A stretch of 63,322 bases of DNA, counting the filler, from Aduncisulcus paluster (Eukaryota), in NCBI GenBank assembly GCA_024181965.1. It is 14 parts of 14 records of this genome, joined end to end, with 100 filler letters (N's around TTAATTAATTAA, not from the genome) between each part and the next. Parts side by side here need not be neighbours in the genome. Positions count along the whole stretch, not along the records: positions 1 to 1,925 come from BQXS01011880.1; positions 2,026 to 3,603 come from BQXS01011881.1; positions 3,704 to 6,012 come from BQXS01011882.1; positions 6,113 to 16,584 come from BQXS01011884.1; 10 more parts are not named here. One strand, written 5' to 3'. Under the pieces are notes generated by a model. The model did no database searches. It had not been told where the DNA came from and saw nothing but the letters and a program-made list of their open reading frames with translations. This document shows positions 1 to 8,502 of this stretch, one piece after another; position 1 is the stretch's first letter; each line of letters begins with the position of its first letter. The position numbers and the translations under genes are program-made.

Positions 1-405
1 CTCCCAAAACAAAAAAGGAAGGAATCGACTAAGTATTTGGGCCCTGTCCGAGTTATTCGAGTGGTCTCACCTTCAGTTGTGGAAATACAACATCTGATTC
101 GAGAGAATTGCGAAAAATATCCAGTGTCACGCTTAAAGAAGGTCGTTGGAGATATGACAGAGGAACAAGCGCTCGAATTGGCCGCAAGAGACGAAGAAGA
201 ATATGTTGTAGAGGGGATACTCGAGTTTAAGGTGGATGAAGAAGGTGACCCAGCGTTTAAAGTGAAATGGGTTGGTTGGCCTTTGGAGGATGCCACTTGG
301 GAGTATCCCAGCACTTTGAAGGATTTGGAGGCCTTCGAGATCTATTTGGAGGCTAATCCCGATGCAAGACCGTTGGTTCAAAAGTTTTTAAAAGAACGAA
401 AGTGA
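1..405 (+). mobile_element. 3' end of Ty3/gypsy-type (chromovirus-like) pol: integrase C-terminal GPY/F region plus chromodomain, 5' partial
   Basis: Frame is open from base 1 (LPKQKRKESTKYLGPVRVIRVVSPSVVEI, GPY/F-like). It is followed by EEYVVEGILEFK...FKVKWVGWPLEDATWE, a chromodomain with aromatic cage residues. A purine tract at 552-572 could be a PPT. Confidence 0.75.
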
Positions 406-1249
406 AAGTTTATTTTGGTTGCATTGAAGAATTAATTTTCGTGTTTATATTTGTTTTATTCAATTTTATTGTTTTTATTTTATGTTTTATGGTCGCGGTT
501 TGACCGATAAGCAAGAAAAAGATGAGATGTGTTTTTCGAGCATTGACCCTTAAAAAAGGAGAAGGGAAAGGATTTTATGATTTGTTATTAATATATTGTT
601 TATTTTTGTTATTATTTTGTTTTGTTACGTAATGAATAAGGAGATAAGAATTCAGATGTTTTATTTTGTTTCATTGGTTTGAATAATTTTAGTATAATTT
701 ATTAATGGCTTATATGTTATTATAAGTGTTTATTATATTTAAAGTTTCGAAAATCGACCAAGGAAGTAGGACGTTGGAGGGTACTCAGATACCCTCCCCA
801 AAATTGAAAAATGTTTGTTTTGCTCAAGTTTATTAATTATTATTTGTTAAAACATGAAAAAACCCACTGTAGAAGAGTATGGAAGAAGTTTTATTTGTTA
901 TTTATTTATAATTATTGTTAATTTTGCTTTCACATCAGGATTTTCAGTTTGAAATCTAAAACATGTTCTGGTTAATTATATGAGCTTAAATTCTTGCTGA
1001 GAAGATATATTTTAATTAGAATCATATTTTAATTGTTAAAGTTGTGAAAAGTGGTTGTTAATGGGTTATGATTTTACTTGTGTTAGATAGTGTGATTGAG
1101 CAGATTAATTATGTTTTATTATTAGATATGACTATTATTGATTTGTTTTGTTGATTTAAGTGTTCACCTATGAAGTTGTTGTTCTCTTATTGAAGAAGGC
1201 AGGGTGTGGTGACCACGTTTGGATCTACCTTTCATGAAATGCTGAAATG

Positions 1250-1322
1250 ACAGGTATGGTTCAGATGGTATGGCAGTGATCTGCTATACTATTGGTACTG
1301 GGTTCAAGTCCCGGTATGTGTA
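1250..1322 (+). other. Degenerate tRNA-like sequence (tRNA pseudogene or SINE-type Pol III head), loop CT-GCT-AT
   Basis: 72-nt cloverleaf spacing: acceptor ACAGGTA/TATGTGT (6/7 pairs incl. GU), A-box-like TGGTTCAGATGG, T-arm CTGGG-TTCAAGT-CCCGG (B-box). D and anticodon stems pair poorly. Confidence 0.5.
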
Positions 1323-1342
1323 TTTTATTATCGTACTGTAAT

Positions 1343-1428
1343 GTACTGTAGCTTGTCATGAGGGATGATATGACAAGCCTGATGACCGTTGGAGTCTATT
1401 GAAGTAAATTTGCTACAGCCGAAAGTAT
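1343..1428 (+). ncRNA. Type III hammerhead ribozyme-like motif, possibly degenerate
   Basis: GTA (1348-1350), perfect 9-bp stem I GCTTGTCAT/ATGACAAGC, CTGATGA (1379-1385), imperfect stem II GTTGGAGT/GCTACAGC, GAAA (1421-1424). Stem III needs CA after GAAA to pair TACTG, and the G10.1-C11.1 pair is missing. Confidence 0.35.
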
Positions 1429-1925
1429 TTTTATTGTTATTCACCACAGGCAGAACCTGAACTCGTCCAGTATGTGGCCGCATTTAGGGAGGTCATAGCA
1501 GCTAATCCAGACTTTGGTGCGGATGAAACGGTCGGCAGACTGTTTCTGAGTGGATTAAGGAATCGGAGATTAAAGGATCGGATAAGGAGCGAAGCAGATA
1601 CGGCTGGAAAGGAAGAAGACCTGGGATTCTTCATGGCCCAATCATTTATTGAATTATCTGAGATGATTCAAATAAGAGACGAAGTGATTGCTCATTATGA
1701 CGATTTTGGTTTGCAAATGGTTAAGAAGAAAAGATTCGGCGATAGACAATCGTTGGAGGCCGAGTCTGGCAAAGGTAAGAAACATTTCCGCAAGGATAGA
1801 AACGGGAAACCTTATCAGACGGATGGACACTATCAGAAGCCGAAACCCTATTATGCCGGTGATAAGACTGGAAAAGACCAGCAAGGGAGGGGAAAAAAGG
1901 TTTACTCGAAGGCTACGACTGTAAC
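1408..1925 (+). mobile_element. gag-like ORF fragment (capsid C-terminal-like region plus basic tail), 3' partial
   Basis: VQYVAAFREVI...DETVGRLFLSGLRNRRLKDRI resembles the retrotransposon gag CTD pattern (Y..F...E...F..GL...I). It is followed by a K/R/G-rich segment and lies on the same contig and strand as the chromo-integrase. Confidence 0.5.
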
Positions 1926-2025
1926 NNNNNNNNNNNNNNNNNNNNNNNNNNNNNNNNNNNNNNNNNNNNTTAATTAATTAANNNNNNNNNNNNNNNNNNN
2001 NNNNNNNNNNNNNNNNNNNNNNNNN
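1926..2025. other. Artificial contig linker N-TTAATTAATTAA-N (also at 3604, 6013, 16585, 18357, 29652, 31633, 34282, 36687, 38946, 46568, 57728, 61439)
   Basis: An identical ~100-nt spacer with a six-frame stop cassette recurs 13 times, and ORFs are truncated at these points. Confidence 0.98.
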
Positions 2026-2684
2026 GGGACTCTATGACAGAACAGAGGGCTGCATGTTATGCGCGCAACAGTCACCGTGATAGATATTGTACTGTTTCCA
2101 TGAATGAAAAACTCCCAGGTTTGGAACCTCATGCTCGTTGTGTCTCCCCCAACATAAAGTGTTCTTCAAAATTCTACGCCCAACAAAATTGTGTTCCATT
2201 CTTCGTCCTTTTGTTGACTTTCTTAATTGGTCAAAGCGTGATCTACGAGGCTATTTACCGTCTTATCAGTATTTTCATGCACCGAGACATTAAGAAAAGG
2301 ATCTATACTCCAGGAGAAATTGCACAATTCCAGAACGATACTCGTGCTTACCAAGACTTTATGCAGTCATGTACCCTTAAGAATCCAACTGTTGAGGATT
2401 ATTACTCCGCTTACTCCGTGTATGGTGTGCCTACTGATGGTGTTGGGACGCCTGGTGCCTTTGGATCTGGACAGAATGCCCGTTACCCTGCACCTGATCC
2501 TTCAGCTCCAAGTATTCCCATGCCGGTTGGACCTGCACCAGCTTCCCTTGCTACCTCCCATGGGGATATCGGTGTTCAGATGACCCAAAGGCCCGATTAC
2601 ATTATGACACCGCTGTATGCTTTCGATGTGCAGCAAGAAATGCCAGCTACTGATGAGTTTGCCTATGTTCCAACTGATTTATAA
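2026..2684 (+). CDS. C-terminal part of an unknown membrane protein (Cys-rich segment, TM helix, Pro-rich tail), 5' partial
   Basis: 216-aa ORF at the contig start with Cys-spaced region, hydrophobic VPFFVLLLTFLIGQSVIYEAIYRLISIFM and P/A-rich tail, followed by AT-rich 3' UTR. Confidence 0.6.
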
Positions 2685-3070
2685 ATCCAGTGGTTGGTAA
2701 GAGGTGAACTCATAATTTATTATTATTACTATTGTTTCGTTTTTTGGCTTCAATCGTCGTATTATCGTATCCATTTATTAAATCATTTAATTTAAATGGG
2801 ATTTTATTTGTTTATTTTGAGATTGGAAAGAAATTCGTCACAGACTTCATGATAAGTCTGTAGACATAAACTCCTGACTCGACCACAATTATTCAAGTGT
2901 ACAACGGAATACTGTAAAAGGAAGCATTACCGTTCATCCATGAGCTGTAAGAAATAAATGTAGAAATATTCATGGGAATTCAAACCAATTCAATCAATTA
3001 TGATGATCGATATTATATCGAGATTTGTTCTTTGATCCAATATAAATACTCGTTGTGGATGCTCAAATCT

Positions 3071-3603
3071 TTAGTGCATCTTATTCCGATTCATAAACCT
3101 TTTACGATCATCAGATCTATCAAAACTCCTTGAATTTCTTCCTCCAAATCCCTTACTCTCCTCTCTGCCTCGACCTCTTCCGCCAAAGTCCCTACCTCTA
3201 CCTCTACCTCTTCCGCCAAAGCTACTATCTCTTCCTCCGGGTCTTCCACCAAAGTCTCGACTTCCACTTCTTTCGGGTCTTCCACCAAAGTCCCTTCCTC
3301 TACCTCCGGGTCTTCCACCGAAATCTCTACCTCCTGGTCTTCCACCAAAGTCCCTTCCTCCACTTCTTCCACCAAAGTCCCTTCCTCCACTTCTTCCACC
3401 AAAGTCTCTCCACTTCTTTCGGCCTTCCTCCACTTCTTCCACCAAAGTCTCGACTTCCACTTCTTTCGGGTCTTCCACCAAAGTCCCTTCCTCTACCTCC
3501 GGATCTTCCACCGAAATCTCTACCTCCTGGTCTTCCACCAAAGTCCCTTCCTCCACTTCTTCCACCAAAGTCTCGACTTCCACTTCTTTCGGGTCTTCCA
3601 CCA
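3071..3603 (-). CDS. RGG/FGG-repeat C-terminus of an RNA-binding protein, 5' partial, frameshift at ~3405-3422
   Basis: (G)RDFGGR(S/P)GG repeats ending ...[19 protein letters not shown]. The same repeat reads in another frame upstream of ~3420. Confidence 0.75.
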
Positions 3604-3859
3604 NNNNNNNNNNNNNNNNNNNNNNNNNNNNNNNNNNNNNNNNNNNNTTAATTAATTAANNNNNNNNNNNNNNNNNNNNNNNNNNNNNNNNNNNNNNNNN
3701 NNNAATAAAAGATAGTGTTTCTTAACACTCATTATAATTTAAGAAAAAATTAGAGGAGAGGGGAGATGATATAAGGAGAGGAGTGAAGGTATTCAGTAGA
3801 GAAGAGGTGAGAATAGAGATAAGAGGATAGGGTGGGCAAAGAAAGAGCACAATACTTGT

Positions 3860-4872
3860 CTACATCCGACGACTACGAGCATATCTTACTGAGAGTATTC
3901 GGTGGCTCTCACGGAAAGCTGTTTGAGCAGCATCAGACATTATTCGTGTGGCTTGGATCGTACTAATAGAGAGGCCTTCTTCCAAGTCATCAATGCAGGA
4001 TTTAAGGAAGCAGCCGCAATGTGTGAATGCAAGAACAATCAGGTTTGGTATACTTGAATATTTCTCAATCTTCTTGGATGTTGCTGACTCAAGTGATTGT
4101 AATCCTGCATCACCATAAGTGACAGTAATCTCTATGTATAGACGATCAGCGTTTTCTACAACGATATCAGGTCTAAGGCGATCCTCGTCAACCACTTCTG
4201 GTCTGATAGCAAGGCCAGGGAACACTTTTAATGCGCTCTTGATCACTTCGTCTCTGACCGCATGGTGTCTCTTGCGGTATAGGTCCATGTATGGCATGCA
4301 ACCACCAAGGGCGTGATTCTGGGTTTCTATTGTTTCATCGCAGAATGGACAAGATCTGTCCCCATGCCGTTTGTTGCCTCTGACGTTGGAGAGATGAGCT
4401 CTCATAAGTATAAGAGAGGTGACCAGTTGAGTAGCCCGATTAAAAGTAATAACGGAAGTGGGATGCATCTTAAGGTATGGTCCACATCTTCCGCAGACCA
4501 ATGATACCCATTCAGCGTGATTAATTGCAGATATTCGCTTTCTAAGAAGATGGGTGGAACGTGTTGTAACAGAGAATCGAGTTCCGGGACGTATCAGTGA
4601 GAATATTTCGTCTTGTCGCTTGATAACAAGGCCCAATCTGTTAATAGACATGTAGGATACATTTGTAGGATACATTTATTAGGGTTTTCACCTTTCATAA
4701 AGGCCTGAGACCGGAGCCTCTGCAGCGGAAGTGGGACCAATCGGTCCAAAATTGATGGATGGCTAGATCCATTATGCCTTCATCGCCCCTGCTCGCCGTC
4801 ATCGCTAGATACATAGGGTTACAGAGGGTTCAGGCATGCTAGATCTCCCAGCTTGTCCCTCGTGGGGCTGAT
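3860..4872 (-). mobile_element. 5'-truncated non-LTR retrotransposon with restriction-like endonuclease (R2/NeSL/CRE/Genie-type); intact ORF 3860-4675
   Basis: CPFC-x-ETQNHALGGC zinc knuckle, RHHAVRD, LRPDIVV...YIEITVT and KKIEKY (PD-(D/E)xK RLE). No RT motifs. 4676-4872 reads as decayed upstream coding sequence (MYLAMTASRGDEGIMDLAIHQF). Confidence 0.85.
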
Positions 4873-5242
4873 GAACAGTACAGCTGACTCGAAAGTGTGA
4901 GAATTCTGAGATGAAACTGACATACTGCTGGAGTCAAAGTGCAAGGAGAGTTCGATGGATTGTATCAATAATCATGTGACCGTAATACATTAACATATGA
5001 ACATATATCAATCGTTTTTGAACAGTACAGCTGACTCGAAAGTGTGAGAATTCTGAGATGAAACTGACATACTGCTGGAGTCAAAGTGCAAGGAGAGTTC
5101 GATGGATTGTATCAATAATCATGTGACCGTAATACATTAACATATGAACATATATCAATCGTTTTTGAACAGTACAGCTGACTCGAAAGTGTGAGAATTC
5201 TGAGATGAAACTGACATACTGCTGGAGTCAAAGTGCAAGGAG
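4872..5242. repeat. 147-bp tandem repeat, ~2.5 copies
   Basis: AACAGTACAGCTGACTCGAAAG starts at 4874, 5021 and 5168. Confidence 0.95.
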
Positions 5243-5471
5243 TAGTAGTATAGTATAGTAGTAATACTTTATTTTGGTTGTCACACCGAAAATATAGGCC
5301 TGAGGCTAGTGCCTCCCCAGCAGCTGTGGTGGCCGTTCGCCACATATTCCAACAAACTGCCCATATTTATCATCCCCTTTTCGCTTCTGCTCACTTTCAC
5401 TCAACTAACCGAGTTCTTGGGGTCATCAGAAGGTCAGAGACAATAACATATGAGAGTTTTTCAAATCAGTT

Positions 5472-6012
5472 CTTTGTAATTATGAAACTGTTCTTTTTCT
5501 GCTCTTCACGATAATTATTCAACGAACAAATGACAGATAAGTCATGAAATAATATATGTTAAGAAAGGTTTAACTGAAAGAACTCTGATTAAAAGGTTAA
5601 AACCTTTGTAATTATGAAACTGTTCTTTTTCTGCTCTTCACGATAATTATTCAACGAACAAATGACAGATAAGTCATGAAATAATATATGTTAAGAAAGG
5701 TTTAACTGAAAGAACTCTGATTAAAAGGTGAAAACCTTTGTAATTATGAAACTGTTCTTTTTCTGCTCTTCACGATAATTATTCAACGAACAAATGACAG
5801 ATAAGTCATGAAATAATATATGTTAAGAAAGGTTTAACTGAAAGAACTCTGATTAAAAGGTTAAAACCTTTGTAATTATGAAACTGTTCTTTTTCTGCTC
5901 TTCACGATAATTATTCAACGAACAAATGACAGATAAGTCATGAAATAATATATGTTAAGAAAGGTTTAACTGAAAGAACTCTGATTAAAAGGTGAAAACC
6001 TTTGTAATTATG
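5472..6012. repeat. 132-bp tandem repeat, >4 copies, running into contig end; alternating T/G variant
   Basis: TTTGTAATTATG starts at 5473, 5605, 5737, 5869 and 6001. Units alternate AAGGTTAAAACC and AAGGTGAAAACC. Confidence 0.95.
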
Positions 6013-6112
6013 NNNNNNNNNNNNNNNNNNNNNNNNNNNNNNNNNNNNNNNNNNNNTTAATTAATTAANNNNNNNNNNNNNNNNNNNNNNNNNNNNNNNN
6101 NNNNNNNNNNNN

Positions 6113-8252
6113 GAATGAAATTTGAAGGATACGAGGGGTGGCAAGGGACTGGATGAGGTTGAAAGAGACGCACTTGGTTGATGGGTTTGTATACTTTGAG
6201 GGTGTATTTCCCATAAATAACTCATTCCATTACTATGGGAAGACAATAACAAGCAAGTAGATGGAGAAAGAGACAAAGATGTGACCGATGACATCCAAGT
6301 GTGAGACTCTGAGGAAATAACAGTGTGAGACTCTGAGGAGAGGGCAAGGCGAGTGATTTTGAAATGCATTGTTTTCATTGATTTGAGGAAAGACACTGGT
6401 GAGCATTTACATCGAGATGTATAATGTTTGTTAAAGACATCTTTCTTCGAATGGCCAAGGAATTCAACAACAGCATCGGAGAAAGAAGCTTTTGTCGATG
6501 TCATGAGATCTGTAGGTTCATTAACAGCATTCACAGCCAACTCAATGAAGTATGATAGTGGTTTATCCTTAAATTCATCATCTCCATATGCATCTTCTTC
6601 TTCTTCTTTTTCTTTCTGTAATGGTTCATCTATCTCCACCTCCTTTTTTTCTCCTTTTGTTGAATGATCCATGGATTCCTCGACCTTCTCTTGTTCAGAA
6701 GTCGACTCAGAACTCTTTCTTGGAGGCAGGGATTGAGTGGAAATGTCATCTTTCTTAGTTTCAGAAGAATCTTTTTGTTTATCAATTTGTAGTTCATTTG
6801 ACGATTTTGAATGCTTGCGTTTCTTTTTGACCCGAACAATCCTTTTAATAATCTTCTTACCATCTTGCTTTGTTATTACTGACTCTTTTGAAACATTATC
6901 CGAATCACCAAGATCACGCTTCACTATCTGCGTTTTTTCAGTTCGACTTGACTGACCAGGACTCGAGGTTGAGGTCGTCTCAGATCCATACAACTTTTTG
7001 ACAAGCTCACTCCTTCGTTTAGCCTGTATTTCTCTTTGCTTTGCCTGTTCATGCATCACAACCTCCATGTACGTGGGAAGGGCAGCCACAGATGATGACA
7101 GGGATGATGGAGGGTGGGCATTTTCTATGGAAGTTGGAAGGATTGATGATATCGATGAAGAACTCGATTTTACAGATTGATCTTCAATGGTTCCAGTGGA
7201 AGACTCTCCAAGTGTTGTGATGTGACCTTGCATATCTCTGACCCATTTCGTTCGAGCCTTTTCTTTCTCAACTTCATGTTCTACTCGTCTGGCATCGCCA
7301 TATTTTCCTCCCCTCATCGAATGGGTTGAAGGGTCATAGAAGGCTGTATTATGTTCGATATCAAGGAGATACTTGGGAGTGTCTTCTCGAGATCTGTAAC
7401 TAACAGTCCCACGAGTGAGAGCAGAGTCTGCCCCAAGAATAGAGAAGGATAGAGTGTGAGAAGATGCAATAGAAGCGGAAGATGAAGAGGAAGCAGAGAG
7501 CATGACACTATCAAAGATCTCATCTAGAATATCAAGGGATCCTATACAATCTTTATATCCATATCTGGAGCATAGTTTGGATCCATATGATGAGGGAATA
7601 ATAGAATTATACTGGTCAAATGGCGATTTGGACTCATCTCGAGTGGAGNNNNNNNNNNNNNNNNNNNNAGAGTGTGAGAAGATGCAATAGAAGCGGAAGA
7701 TGAAGAGGAAGCAGAGAGCATGACACTATCAAAGATCTCATCTAGAATATCAAGGGATCCTATACAATCTTTATATCCATATCTGGAGCATAGTTTGGAT
7801 CCATATGATGAGGGAATAATAGAATTATACTGGTCAAATGGCGATTTGGACTCATCTCGAGTGGAGTCAGATCCTCCACTGAACAAAGCCTGGCGCTTCT
7901 GAAGTAATATTTTCTTTTCTTTCTGCTTCTTCTCAATTGTACTCATAAATTTTATATCTCGTTTAATTGTTCGCCTTTTCCCAGTCCCCATAGAATCAGA
8001 TATAGCATCAGGGACTTGAAAGTGATAATGATCGTGTGTGATTGTCGTTGGTTCAAAAATATCTTCCATTTGTGCGGAAGCAGGACGTTGATGCCGCAAT
8101 GTCGGCACACCACTATCTAAATAATATGTAGGTCTAGAAAGAGAGGCAGGAATGTGAGGGTTGATAAGGTTACCATTCTCATCAGTAGCCGGTCTAATAA
8201 TACCGGCTCTACGGCCTTCTTCGGTAATTCTTTCTTCTTGACTCCTTCTCAT
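6113..8252 (-). CDS. SLU7: Pre-mRNA splicing factor SLU7-like protein continuing into a PRP17/CDC40-like WD40 region, 3' partial; split by an overlapping scaffold gap
   Basis: DENGNLINPHIP...YYLD...PTLRHQR and REDTPKYLLDIEHNTAFYDPSTHSMR match SLU7 motifs. Removing the 218-nt gap duplication (7451-7668) joins ORFs 7542-8300 and 6061-7503 in frame. Confidence 0.8.
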
Positions 8253-8502
8253 AGAGGTATATTGTTTGAAAGGGGAGCAAATTATCGATTCTTCTCGCAA
8301 TCCAAAAAATATGAATTAAAATAAACAATAAATGAGTAATATCTACAAATAATGGTGAACCTATCTTCTTGGGTCTAAACTATATTCTAGAAATATTACA
8401 GATAAACCCGGGTGGATTGTCGTTCGCTTTTTTGATACATGTTGATATAATTAGAGGGCCATATTGTAATATTTTTGTACAAAATTACCGTTTAAATATA
8501 AT

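Noticed and set aside
1926..2025. Recurrent TTAATTAATTAA flanked by Ns as a biological repeat
   Set aside because: Artificial six-frame-stop contig linker; adjacency across linkers carries no biological meaning.
4845..4900. Second CTGATGA...GAAA hammerhead, HDV ribozyme or U6-like ACAGAG upstream of the RLE ORF
   Set aside because: The core straddles the tandem-repeat boundary, no stem III forms, it is antisense to the element, and the minus strand reads as decayed coding sequence.
4872..6012. CRISPR array
   Set aside because: Long identical units without unique spacers, no cas genes, eukaryotic context.
7451..7866. 200-360-bp direct repeats around 20-N gaps (7649, 12577, 28579, 50521, 59809) as internal protein repeats
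   Set aside because: Each is an unmerged contig overlap in a scaffold; removing one copy plus the Ns restores a single frame.
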